Assembly (NCBI GenBank): GCA_964400085.1
Contig: CAYNTW010000010.1
Location: 14,342 to 78,341 of the forward strand
Source: an uncultured Steroidobacteraceae bacterium
GTDB lineage: Bacteria > Pseudomonadota > Gammaproteobacteria > Steroidobacterales > Steroidobacteraceae
DNA: 64,000 nucleotides
Direction of reading: 5' to 3'
Made by a program: the position numbers and the translations under genes. Below are positions 15,470 to 24,682 of the stretch, piece after piece (within the stretch, counting starts at the first letter, position 1; each line of letters begins with the position of its first letter). The notes beneath the pieces are model-generated. The model ran no database searches. It was not told the origin of the DNA and worked only from the letters and a program-made list of their open reading frames with translations.

Positions 15470-18304
15470 GTGGAGCGACCGATTACCGGCGGCGTAACGA
15501 GCGTGGGTCGGGCCGTGCGGCTCGTGTTGATTGGATCGGGCCTGCTACTCGCCGAGATGCAGGTTTGCGCCGCGCAGGAATCGCCGGCGAGTGGCGCGGC
15601 CGCGCAAGGCGAGCAGCTGGCTGAAATCGTCGTGACCGGTACGCGTATCGCGCTCCCCGCGGGCGCCACTTCGCCGACCCCGACAACCGTCGTCAGCTCC
15701 GCTACCATGCAGCAGATGGGGTTGCCGAACGTCGGCGACATGTTGAATCAGCTCCCGTCGTTCCTCAACAATGGTGAGCCAACTCAGTCGACGGCGTTGA
15801 GCCCGCAGAACATCGGCTCACGGATCGTGAACCTGCGCGGCCTGGGCGCCGTCCGGACGCTCGTCCTGGTCGACGGGCGTCGGTTCGTGCCGAGTACCGC
15901 GACGGGAACCGTCGATCTGAACCTCATCCCGAGCGCGTTGATCGAACGCACCGAGATCGTTACCGGCGGCGCATCCGCGGCCTACGGCTCGGACGCGGTG
16001 GCCGGTGTGGTCAACATCATCCTCAATAATCAACTCCAGGGCATCCAGAGCCAGGTGCAGTACGGCCAATCGCAGAAGCGCGACAATCAGGACGTCCAGG
16101 CTTCCCTTGCAGGCGGCACCGACTATCTGGGCGGTAAGGCGCACATGGTCGCGGGCTTCGAGTACGAGCGCGACGGCGGCATGGGTGATTATTACTCCCG
16201 GAGCTGGAGTCGCCAGGAGTGGTGTAATGTGTCGAACACCACCCCCGGCGTGAACGGCTATGCCGCCAACAACATCCTGCCACACTGTCACACGGCCACC
16301 ATGACTCCCGGCGGCCTGATCGTCGGTGGTCCGCTCAACGGGACCCAATTTTCCGCGAACGGGACCCCGGAGCCGTTCCAGCGCGGCGTGCTCCCCGGCT
16401 TCTTCTTCATGTCCGGAGGCGACGGCTACGGTCAGAACCCATTCTTCCTCGGGCCGCAGATCGAGCCGGAATTCAAGCGCTACAGCCTCTATGCCCATTC
16501 CGACTTCAATCTGAGCGACAGCGTGCATCCCTTCGTGGAAGCCTCTTACGGGAGAGTGGAAGGCCACGACGTGGGGGCGCAACTGCGCGCCTTTCCGGGG
16601 ACGATCAAGCTCACCGCCGACAATCCGTACCTGCCTGCCTCCATCGTGAGCGCCATGAACGCGGACAAGTTGAGCTCGATCACGCTCGGCCGCGCCGCCA
16701 ACGATCTCGGCAATGCGATGGGTGAGTCCGACACTTCCACGGCGCGGTTTGCCGCGGGCCTCAAGGGCGAGCTGCCCGGGAGTTGGACCTGGAATGCCTA
16801 CTACCAGTACGGGCACAACAAATATGACCAGTACGAATACGATGACATCATCCCCAAACGGCTCGCGCTGGCGGTGGATGCCGTGGTGGGCCCGAACGGC
16901 CAGATCGTGTGCCGCTCGACGCTGACGAATCCGGGCAACGGCTGTCAGCCGCTCAATCTCATCGGAGAGAACAACTTCACCCCGGCGGCGCGGCAGTACG
17001 TCATGGGTACCTCAGAGCAACTCAACACCAACCAGCAGCACGTGGTGGCCGCGAACGTGCAGGGTCAGCCGGTGACCCTGTGGGCCGGCCCGTTGTCCGT
17101 GGCGGCCGGTGTCGAGTACCGCGTCGACTCCATCCGCGGCGTGACCGACCCCCTATCGCAGCAGAACGGGTTCTACGTCTTCAACGGCCAGAACATCGAC
17201 GGCAAGATCCGTGTGACGGAAGGCTATCTGGAGACGATCGTACCGTTGCTGAAGGATCTGCCGTTCGCGAAGTCCCTGGAGCTCAACGGCGCTGCGCGCG
17301 AGACCGACTACTCCCTGAGCGGTCGGGTCACCACGTGGAAGGTCGGCCTGGTCTACGAGCCGGACGACATGTTCCGTTTCCGTGCGACCCGCTCACGCGA
17401 TATTCGCGCGCCGAACACGTTCGAGCTGTTTTCGCCGGTAACCGCTGGATTCACCACCGTCATCGACCAGAAGACCGGGGTCCAGACCTTGCCGCATTAC
17501 CTGACCGGCGGCAATTCCGCGCTGCGGCCCGAGGTCGGCGATACGACCACGGCCGGGGTCGTCTTCACCCCGGGTGGTTGGTTTCGTAACCTCAGCATTA
17601 CGGCGGACTTCTACAACATGAAGGTTCACAACGTGATCTCCTCGCAGGGTGGGCAGACCATTCTCAACAACTGCGAAAGGGGAGATACGGCTGATTGCGG
17701 GCTCATCACCCGCGACGCGAACGGCAACGTCTCCTCCATCAACGACGTCGTCGAGAATCTCAACGACTTGCGTGCCCGAGGTGTCGATCTCGAGGTGGAC
17801 TACCGGCACGAGCTGCCGTTCGACCTCGGGACGCTCAACTTCCGCGGCCTGGCAACGTATGCCGATGAGCTCACTACGGTATCCAATGGTGGCGCGACCG
17901 CGATCAACGAGGCTGGCGTCGATGGCGTCGGTGGAATGCCCCACGTGCAGGCCTCGACCTGGCTCACGTGGCAGTACCAGCCCTGGTCGGTAACGGTTCA
18001 GAACCACTACGTCGGTGGCGGCCGCTTCAGCCCGTTGTACATCGGACCGGGACAACCGGGCTACAGTCCTTACCTGCCAAACAGCATCAACGACAACTGG
18101 GTGTCGGGGCGGCTCTATACCAACCTGTCGCTGTCCTACAACCTGTCTCTCGAGGACAAGCGAGAGCTGCAGTTTTACGGTGTCGTCAACAACCTGTTCG
18201 ATCTCGACCCGCCGGTGGACCCGGGCGCGGCATCCGCCACCAACAGCATTCTCTTCGATGCGATCGGCCGCGCGTTCACGGTCGGTGTGAGATTGCGGTT
18301 ATGA
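15470..18304 (+). CDS. TonB-dependent outer-membrane receptor
   Basis: 944 aa with a signal peptide and plug motif (EIVVTGTRI...). Typical beta-barrel repeat composition and a C-terminal aromatic end (VGVRLRL). GTG start. Confidence 0.9.
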   Translation: MERPITGGVTSVGRAVRLVLIGSGLLLAEMQVCAAQESPASGAAAQGEQLAEIVVTGTRIALPAGATSPTPTTVVSSATMQQMGLPNVGDMLNQLPSFLNNGEPTQSTALSPQNIGSRIVNLRGLGAVRTLVLVDGRRFVPSTATGTVDLNLIPSALIERTEIVTGGASAAYGSDAVAGVVNIILNNQLQGIQSQVQYGQSQKRDNQDVQASLAGGTDYLGGKAHMVAGFEYERDGGMGDYYSRSWSRQEWCNVSNTTPGVNGYAANNILPHCHTATMTPGGLIVGGPLNGTQFSANGTPEPFQRGVLPGFFFMSGGDGYGQNPFFLGPQIEPEFKRYSLYAHSDFNLSDSVHPFVEASYGRVEGHDVGAQLRAFPGTIKLTADNPYLPASIVSAMNADKLSSITLGRAANDLGNAMGESDTSTARFAAGLKGELPGSWTWNAYYQYGHNKYDQYEYDDIIPKRLALAVDAVVGPNGQIVCRSTLTNPGNGCQPLNLIGENNFTPAARQYVMGTSEQLNTNQQHVVAANVQGQPVTLWAGPLSVAAGVEYRVDSIRGVTDPLSQQNGFYVFNGQNIDGKIRVTEGYLETIVPLLKDLPFAKSLELNGAARETDYSLSGRVTTWKVGLVYEPDDMFRFRATRSRDIRAPNTFELFSPVTAGFTTVIDQKTGVQTLPHYLTGGNSALRPEVGDTTTAGVVFTPGGWFRNLSITADFYNMKVHNVISSQGGQTILNNCERGDTADCGLITRDANGNVSSINDVVENLNDLRARGVDLEVDYRHELPFDLGTLNFRGLATYADELTTVSNGGATAINEAGVDGVGGMPHVQASTWLTWQYQPWSVTVQNHYVGGGRFSPLYIGPGQPGYSPYLPNSINDNWVSGRLYTNLSLSYNLSLEDKRELQFYGVVNNLFDLDPPVDPGAASATNSILFDAIGRAFTVGVRLRL

Positions 18305-18759
18305 GGCGGGCAGCGGCGGAGATCAGCTTGCAGGCAGTGGAAGGCGCGGTGGGCTACCACCTGCGGCGGGCGCAGACGGTGGTGCTCGAGGATGTCGGGC
18401 GCCGGATGCGTACCCTGGGACTGAGGCCCCGGGATTTCACCGTGATGTCGGTCATTGGTGCGAATCCGGGGATCAACGCATCGCGCATCGCCGAGTCGCT
18501 TCCCATGAAACGCTCGAACCTCAGCGTGCTGCTGGTCAGCCTGAAGCGACGTGGCCTGGTGCGTCGCGCGGATGGGGAGGATTTCGGCCGCATCCAGTCG
18601 CTCCATCTCACCCGCGAGGGTGTCGCGTTGCTCGAGAAAGCTCGCCGCCTGCACCGCGAGCACCTGAGCTTTGTCGAAAGCATCCTGGGCAGATCCGGGA
18701 TGGCCCAGCTGATGCGCTCGCTACGTAAGCTGGGTAGCTACGTGCCCGTGTCCAAATGA
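18301..18759 (+). CDS. MarR-family transcriptional regulator
   Basis: ORF 17968..18759 trimmed to MRRAAAEISLQAVEGAVGYHLRRAQ. Winged-helix core MSVIGANPGINASRIAESLPMKRSNLSVLLVSLKRRGLV. ATGA overlaps on both sides. Confidence 0.85.
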   Translation: MRRAAAEISLQAVEGAVGYHLRRAQTVVLEDVGRRMRTLGLRPRDFTVMSVIGANPGINASRIAESLPMKRSNLSVLLVSLKRRGLVRRADGEDFGRIQSLHLTREGVALLEKARRLHREHLSFVESILGRSGMAQLMRSLRKLGSYVPVSK

Positions 18760-20144
18760 CACCAGCAGAGCTGAGGGAGCCGCGTGTCCTCGACCTGTCG
18801 GCGGTGATTGACGCACGGCCGCTCGGAGGATTTCAACTCCGGGTCGCCCTGCTGTGCGCGTTGGTGCTCATCGTCGACGCGTTCGACTCGACCTCGATCG
18901 GTTTCGTTGCGCCTCGCCTGAGCGCCGTCTGGCATCTTCCTCCTGGCGCGCTCGGACCGGTGTTTGCCTGGGGGTTCTTCGGTCAACTCCTCGGGACGGT
19001 GGTCGCGGGCCCGGTGGCGGACCGGCTGGGGCGAAAGGCCGTGCTGATCGTCGGTACGATTGAATTCGGCCTCGGCGCGTTGGCGACGACCCGGGTCCAG
19101 TCACTCGAATCCTTGCTCTTGCTGCGTATGATCACGGGTTTGGGCCTTGGCGCCGCCGCACCCAATGCCCTCGCGCTCGTTACCGAGATCAGCCCGGCTG
19201 CGCGCCGCTCCATCCTGCTGTCCGTCGTGTTGTGCGGCATGACGATCGGCGCAGCCACGGCCGGCGTGGTCGCGGCCCGACTGCTACCCCAGTACGGTTG
19301 GACCGGGGTGTTTGCGGTGGGTGGAGTCCTCCCGTTGGCTTTGGCTCCCTGGCTCTTCTGGGGCTTGCCCGAATCGCCTTATTTCCTGGCCCTCGCGGGT
19401 GAGCGGGATGCCGCGATTGGCACTATCCTGCGCAAGATCGACCCGACTGTGCCCGCCGGCGCGCACTTCGTTCTGAGCGAAACGCGCGCCTCCGGATTCA
19501 GCATTCAACATCTGTTTCGCGACGGCCGGTCCCTGGTCACGATCCTGCTCTGGATCGTCGTCTTCATGAACAACTTCCTGATCTACGTTTTCGCAAGTTG
19601 GCTCCCCAGCCTGGCGCGCGCCAGCGGCTTGACCGAGCAGGCCAGTGTGCTCACGGGTGTGGCAATGAATATCGGGGGATTCGCGGGAACGATCGCCATG
19701 GGTTGGTTGCTCGGGCGCTTTCGCATCGAACGCCTGATGAGCCTCATCTACTTTGTTGCCGCTGCGTGCATCGGCGTGCTCGCACTGGTGGCGGGCTACC
19801 GGACGCCGATGGGTGTACTCGCGGCTGCCGCGGGATTTTGTATCGTGGGCGGGCAGGTGGGCGCGAATGCGCTGCTGGCCTATCGCCACCCCACCTCCCT
19901 GCGGGCGACGGCGCTGTCCTTCGGGCTTGCGATCGGACGCGTGGCTTCCATTGTGGGGCCGCTGGGAGCGGGATGGGTGATCGCTCTCGGCTGGTCGAGC
20001 CGCGCGACGGTGCTTCTGGCCATCATACCGGCGTTGTGCGCCTCGCTGGCCGTACTGTTGCTCGGTCGGACAGCGCAGCCTCACCGATCCACGGCAATGT
20101 GGCGCGATGCCACGTCCCAGAGCATGCGCTCCACGTTGCGTTGA
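18756..20144 (+). CDS. MFS transporter, aromatic acid:H+ symporter (PcaK/MhpT-like) type
   Basis: 462 aa, 12 TM. N-terminus LDLSAVIDARPLGGFQLRVALLCALVLIVDAFDSTSIGFVAP is typical of AAHS-family transporters. Confidence 0.8.
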   Translation: MTPAELREPRVLDLSAVIDARPLGGFQLRVALLCALVLIVDAFDSTSIGFVAPRLSAVWHLPPGALGPVFAWGFFGQLLGTVVAGPVADRLGRKAVLIVGTIEFGLGALATTRVQSLESLLLLRMITGLGLGAAAPNALALVTEISPAARRSILLSVVLCGMTIGAATAGVVAARLLPQYGWTGVFAVGGVLPLALAPWLFWGLPESPYFLALAGERDAAIGTILRKIDPTVPAGAHFVLSETRASGFSIQHLFRDGRSLVTILLWIVVFMNNFLIYVFASWLPSLARASGLTEQASVLTGVAMNIGGFAGTIAMGWLLGRFRIERLMSLIYFVAAACIGVLALVAGYRTPMGVLAAAAGFCIVGGQVGANALLAYRHPTSLRATALSFGLAIGRVASIVGPLGAGWVIALGWSSRATVLLAIIPALCASLAVLLLGRTAQPHRSTAMWRDATSQSMRSTLR

Positions 20145-20293
20145 ATGGCTGCGCTGGGTGGAGCGTTGATCAGCAGATCATGCCGGTCAGCGCTTGAATT
20201 GCACTCGGCTGGGTTCTGTTGCTAAAGTCGGCAAACTGCGATCGCAGATCGCATCAAAGACCCCCGGGGGCGGGGTGCCGGGTGTATTATCAG

Positions 20294-21109
20294 ATGACCC
20301 GTCAAATAAGCGCGCGCGCCGTGGCGTCTTGCGAAACCGCCGCGAGTGCCACCCACGCGGACGTTATCGCGCCTCATGCAATGCGGCCTATTTGCACTGC
20401 ATTGGCGCAGTTTGGTGCGCACACGGCATCGTTCGCGAGCGAGGCTCTCCGAGCCGAATGGAGCTGCTTCTATTTCCTTGACGGACAGGGCGAGCCTTTC
20501 GCGTTTCAGGCGCATCGCACTCCGTGGACCCTGCGCGAATCCTACGTAAGGGAGAATATGGCGCGTAACGATCCAACGCGCCCAGCCAGTGTCATCGCAC
20601 AGAACCTGCGTTTTGTTTCCGTGTTCGATCAACGTCTCAACTGCAGCTTGGAATCGCGTCGAAACTACTGGAACTTCCTGTCTTCGTTTGGAACACGCGA
20701 CGCCGCGGAAATGATTTTTCATGTTGGCGGGCGCCCGGTCGCCGGGATGAGTCTGGTGTGGGTCGGCCGCGCGGGGTCCCGTGCGGACCGGCAGCTAGGG
20801 GAGGCCGTGCAATCCTATATCGAGATGAATCTCGCTACGCACTATGGCCCGTTACCCTCAGACCTCTTTCCCGCGGCAGCGGCCACGGAATTCGATCTCA
20901 CGGAGCGGGAACTGGAGATCGTGCAATTGGTGTGTCATGGATTGACGAATCCCCGGGTTGCTGAACGTTTGAATATCGGCTTGGCGACTGTAAAGACCCA
21001 CTTGCTCCATGTCTTCGACAAACTGGGCGTGCGCACCCGTGCGGAGCTGGTGAGCCGCTGCCTTTCCGCAATGCCCCAGCAGGTAAGCCGTTCGGTGGAT
21101 AGAGCCTAG
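20294..21109 (+). CDS. LuxR-family transcriptional regulator (non-receiver N-terminal domain)
   Basis: C-terminal HTH LTERELEIVQLVCHGLTNPRVAERLNIGLATVKTHLLHVFDKLGV. The N-terminal roughly 190 aa are unassigned. Start uncertain (a TTG at 20219 is also possible). Confidence 0.8.
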   Translation: MTRQISARAVASCETAASATHADVIAPHAMRPICTALAQFGAHTASFASEALRAEWSCFYFLDGQGEPFAFQAHRTPWTLRESYVRENMARNDPTRPASVIAQNLRFVSVFDQRLNCSLESRRNYWNFLSSFGTRDAAEMIFHVGGRPVAGMSLVWVGRAGSRADRQLGEAVQSYIEMNLATHYGPLPSDLFPAAAATEFDLTERELEIVQLVCHGLTNPRVAERLNIGLATVKTHLLHVFDKLGVRTRAELVSRCLSAMPQQVSRSVDRA

Positions 21110-21203
21110 CGCGGGCTGCCACTAGATTGGACTGAAGCGGCCGCGGAGTGCTGGCCTGACCGCCTCCTTGGATGCTGCCGCCACTCACGCACGGGGAGAT
21201 CGA

Positions 21204-22349
21204 ATGAGCAAGAAGCCATGGGGCCTACTGCTTCTACTTGTCTGCGCGGGCGCGCACGCGCAAGCCCCGCCCATCCCGCAGGCGGAGCAATCCGACGTGG
21301 CGACGTTGAAGCCGCTCACCCCAAGACGGGCCTTTCTCTGGAGCGGATTTCTCAATCCGGGCATCTTCATCGTCGATGCGGATAAGGGCGAAATGGAAGG
21401 CTACCTGCCCAAGAGCGACTGGTCGGGCTTCGCGATCGCTCCGGGCGGGAAGGCATATTACGTGGCGGAAACACTCTGGACCCACGATACGCGCGGCCAG
21501 CGCCAGGACCTGCTTGCCGTGTACGACGGAACGACACTCAATTTGCAAAAGGAGATCCTGTTGCCCGGCCGGGCGCTCACGGTGCCGAAGGCGCAGAGCT
21601 TCGCGGTGAGTGAAACCGGTCGCTATGGATACGTCTACAACATGTCTCCGGCATCCTCGGTGGTCGTCGTCGACCTGGTCAAACAGAAGACGGTTTCGAC
21701 GGTGGAAACACCGGGCTGCGCACTGGTGTTGCCCTACGGGGACGCGGGATTCGGCAGCCTGTGTGGCGACGGATCACTGACGACGTTTGGGTTGGATGCC
21801 AAGGCGCACGGTGCGCTGAAGAGCTCAGTTCATTTCTTCGACGCCATCCGCGATCCCGTATTCGATGAGCTCGCCCTCGATGTCGCTACGCGCAAGGCGT
21901 TTTTCGTCTCCTATCTGGGCCACATCCATGAAGCCACGCTGGGAGATGCACCCCAGGTTGCGCCCGCCTGGTCCGTGCAAGCGGCAGCGGGCCTGAGCGA
22001 GCCCAAGGACGAATCCAACGAGGTGGCCTGGCGCCCGGGAGGAAGCCAACTCATCGCCTATCACCGTCTGAGCGGCAGACTCTTCGTCCTGATGCACGTC
22101 GGGGAAGGTTGGAGCCATAAGCGCGAGGGAGCGGAGCTCTGGGTTTTCAACGCGGCCAGTCACACCCTGATCCGCCGGATTGTCTTGAAAGAGCCTGCCG
22201 TCAACGTGGCGGTCAGCCAGGACCCGAACCCACTGTTGATGCTGACCGGTCACGGTCCACGGCTAACCGTTCTGGATGCGGATTCCGGCGCGGTGATTCG
22301 CACGATGGATGGCGTCAATGGCGGCCCCGTCATGACAGCGGCACCCTAG
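21204..22349 (+). CDS. mauB: TTQ-dependent amine dehydrogenase heavy subunit, copy 2
   Basis: ORF trimmed to MSKKPWGLLLLLVCAGAHAQA (signal peptide). MauB/AauB-like propeller sequence. First gene of a B-E-D-A array. Confidence 0.85.
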   Translation: MSKKPWGLLLLLVCAGAHAQAPPIPQAEQSDVATLKPLTPRRAFLWSGFLNPGIFIVDADKGEMEGYLPKSDWSGFAIAPGGKAYYVAETLWTHDTRGQRQDLLAVYDGTTLNLQKEILLPGRALTVPKAQSFAVSETGRYGYVYNMSPASSVVVVDLVKQKTVSTVETPGCALVLPYGDAGFGSLCGDGSLTTFGLDAKAHGALKSSVHFFDAIRDPVFDELALDVATRKAFFVSYLGHIHEATLGDAPQVAPAWSVQAAAGLSEPKDESNEVAWRPGGSQLIAYHRLSGRLFVLMHVGEGWSHKREGAELWVFNAASHTLIRRIVLKEPAVNVAVSQDPNPLLMLTGHGPRLTVLDADSGAVIRTMDGVNGGPVMTAAP

Positions 22350-22913
22350 ATGACCGTACAGATGCTCTCTGGAGGCGCCGCGAGCGCGGCGGATCTTGGC
22401 AGCGTGCTGCTGGCGCTTTCGACGGTCGCAGCGCGCGTCGTACTGAGTGCCACCTTTCTTCAGGCTGGCCTGCAGAAGGTCCGTTATCGCACGCAGCTGG
22501 CTGGTGTGATCAGCAACTACAGGGTCCTGCCCGCAGTGCTGGTGCCGGCCCTTTCCTGGTTGCTGCCGCCCGTGGAGATCGCTGTTGGTCTCGCGTTGCT
22601 CGTACCATCAAGTGGGGCCGCGTTGGCAGCTGGCTGCCTCCTCGGTTTGTTTACCGCTGCCATCGTCATCAACCTGGTCCGCGGTAGGACCCACATCGAT
22701 TGCGGCTGCTTTCAATCGGAACTGCGCCAGGAGCTCGGTTGGGAGCTCGTCTGGAGGAACGGGGTACTGCTGGTGATGGCGGCTTACAGCGCATCCTTTC
22801 CGGTGCGTACATCGCCCTTCATTACCCTGCTGGCCGTCTCATTCGGCCTGGTCAGTTACGTTCTATACCAGGCACTGAATGCGCTCGGCGCCAACCGGTC
22901 CGCGCGGCTCTAG
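22350..22913 (+). CDS. mauE: MauE-family membrane protein, copy 2
   Basis: 187 aa, 4 TM, with a CGC motif (RGRTHIDCGCF). The start abuts the mauB2 stop. Confidence 0.8.
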   Translation: MTVQMLSGGAASAADLGSVLLALSTVAARVVLSATFLQAGLQKVRYRTQLAGVISNYRVLPAVLVPALSWLLPPVEIAVGLALLVPSSGAALAAGCLLGLFTAAIVINLVRGRTHIDCGCFQSELRQELGWELVWRNGVLLVMAAYSASFPVRTSPFITLLAVSFGLVSYVLYQALNALGANRSARL

Positions 22914-22922
22914 GAAACGAAC

Positions 22923-23540
22923 ATGTCACAAGCTCTCCTCCTTGCCCTGCTGTTGTTGTCTTGGGTTGCGATCGCCGGGTTGGGACTGTGCGTCCTCGCC
23001 CTGGCGCGCCAGGTTGGCGTACTCCACGAGCGGGTAGCCCCGGTCGGCGCATTGTCCATGTCGAAGGGCCCGGCGATCGGCGAGCGAGTGCCCCGCCTGA
23101 CGGCCCGCACAGTGGAGGGGGAGGACATCGTAATCGGGGCGCCGCGCGCTTCCGGAAGACGCTTGCTCCTGCTGTTTGTCTCCGCCCATTGTCCCATCTG
23201 CAAGGTGATCCTGCCGATCGCAAAGCGATTTGCGCGCGAGGAGTTGCTCGACCTGATGCTCGTGGGGGACGCGCCCCTGGAGGAGCAACGCGCGCTCATC
23301 GCAAAATTCGAGCTGCAGGGGATCGATTTCATCAACTCACCCCAGATCGGCATGACCTTCCAGGTGGGTAAATTGCCCTACGCGGTGCTCATCGGCAAAG
23401 ACGCGACGCTCATCGCGCAAGGGCTGGTGAACAACCGGGAGCATCTGGAGAGCCTCGTGTACGCGGATGAGACCGGTATTCCATCCATTCAAACCTATCT
23501 TGCGGCTGCGCAGCGCTCCGTCGAAGAAGCGGCGCACTGA
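22923..23540 (+). CDS. mauD: MauD-family thioredoxin-like accessory protein, copy 2
   Basis: 205 aa with an N-terminal anchor and motif FVSAHCPICK. Collinear with copy 1. Confidence 0.8.
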   Translation: MSQALLLALLLLSWVAIAGLGLCVLALARQVGVLHERVAPVGALSMSKGPAIGERVPRLTARTVEGEDIVIGAPRASGRRLLLLFVSAHCPICKVILPIAKRFAREELLDLMLVGDAPLEEQRALIAKFELQGIDFINSPQIGMTFQVGKLPYAVLIGKDATLIAQGLVNNREHLESLVYADETGIPSIQTYLAAAQRSVEEAAH

Positions 23541-23552
23541 GAGGAGAGGGCC

Positions 23553-24077
23553 TTGCCAAAGACGACCTTGGATACGCTGAGCGAGCGAATCACGCGATCG
23601 CTGGCGCGTAGGACATCCCGCCGGGACTTGCTCTCGCAGCTCGGCGGCTTCCTCGCGGGCAGCGCGATCATTCCGCTTCTGCCGGTGGCACGGGGCGCGG
23701 AGGCGCAGTCGAAGTCCGCCTTTACACGCAACGCGCAGGCAAAGGACGACAAGGAGTGCAACTACTGGCGCTATTGCGCGATTGACGGCGCGCTGTGCTC
23801 ATGCTGCGGAGGAGGTGTGCACACCTGCCCGCCGGGATCATCCGCGGCCCCCACGTCCTGGATCGGAACCTGCGTTCATCCTGAGGACGGCAAGGCATAC
23901 ATCATTGCCTATCGGGATTGTTGTGGGCGACACAACTGTGGGCGCTGTCTTTGCAACAGCAACCAGGAGGAGACGCCGATCTATCGGTCGCCAACCAACA
24001 ACGACATCATCTGGTGCTTTGGGGCGCCCACCATGGTCTATCATTGCTCCACGGCGGTGTTGGTCGGGGCGGCTTGA
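23553..24077 (+). CDS. mauA: TTQ-dependent amine dehydrogenase light subunit, copy 2
   Basis: 174 aa with a twin-arginine leader (RTSRRDLLSQLGG). Hallmarks YCAIDGALCSCCGG, CPPG, SWIGTC, AYRDCCG and NDIIWCFGA. Strong GGAGAGG Shine-Dalgarno before the TTG start. Confidence 0.9.
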   Translation: MPKTTLDTLSERITRSLARRTSRRDLLSQLGGFLAGSAIIPLLPVARGAEAQSKSAFTRNAQAKDDKECNYWRYCAIDGALCSCCGGGVHTCPPGSSAAPTSWIGTCVHPEDGKAYIIAYRDCCGRHNCGRCLCNSNQEETPIYRSPTNNDIIWCFGAPTMVYHCSTAVLVGAA

Positions 24078-24682
24078 TGAGAGGGAGTGTGGTCGGCGCG
24101 GTGGTTCTCGCCGGCTGGCTCGTGTCCAGTGCCGAACCTGCGGGAGCGGGCCTGGGCGGCGCTCCTCGCATCGGGGGAGCCCCGGGCGAGTACTTGTTAT
24201 ATTGCGGTGGCTGTCACGGGATCAACGGATATTCCTCAGACGCGGCTGTACCGAGCTTGAAAGGGCAAGTCGATGCATTCCTGTGTCTTCCGGTAGGGCG
24301 TGAGTACATTATTCGTCTGCCGAACGTAGCGTTTGCGCCGCTCAGCGACGCCCAGCTCGCCGAGCTCATGAACTTCGTCGTGTCATTGGGACAGACCCGG
24401 GAAGGCAAGGGCGACCTGCCGTACACCGCCGTCGAAGTCGGCGCGCTGCGGCGGAAGCCTCTGCTGGGGCAACCGATCGGCGGATACCGGCGCCAGCTGG
24501 TGACCCGGTTGGTTGAGACTTGCGGCGCGCCCCGGTCGCTCCTCAGCTATGGCGGCGGGGGGTCCGAGATCAGAGCGGATTCAGGTCCGGCAGCTTGGTG
24601 GTCAACCGGTCATAAACCAGCTTCCCGTTCACGAAAGTCTGGTCGACCTTCATCGTCAGGAGTTGCTCTGGAGGGACCGTGA
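24077..24682 (+). CDS. monohaem c-type cytochrome
   Basis: ORF 23918..24682 trimmed to MRGSVVGAVVLAGWLVSSAEPAGA (signal peptide). Single CXXCH (CGGCH). Its ATG shares one nt with the mauA2 stop. The last roughly 110 nt overlap the convergent amidohydrolase gene, so the functional C-terminus is uncertain. Confidence 0.7.
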   Translation: MRGSVVGAVVLAGWLVSSAEPAGAGLGGAPRIGGAPGEYLLYCGGCHGINGYSSDAAVPSLKGQVDAFLCLPVGREYIIRLPNVAFAPLSDAQLAELMNFVVSLGQTREGKGDLPYTAVEVGALRRKPLLGQPIGGYRRQLVTRLVETCGAPRSLLSYGGGGSEIRADSGPAAWWSTGHKPASRSRKSGRPSSSGVALEGP

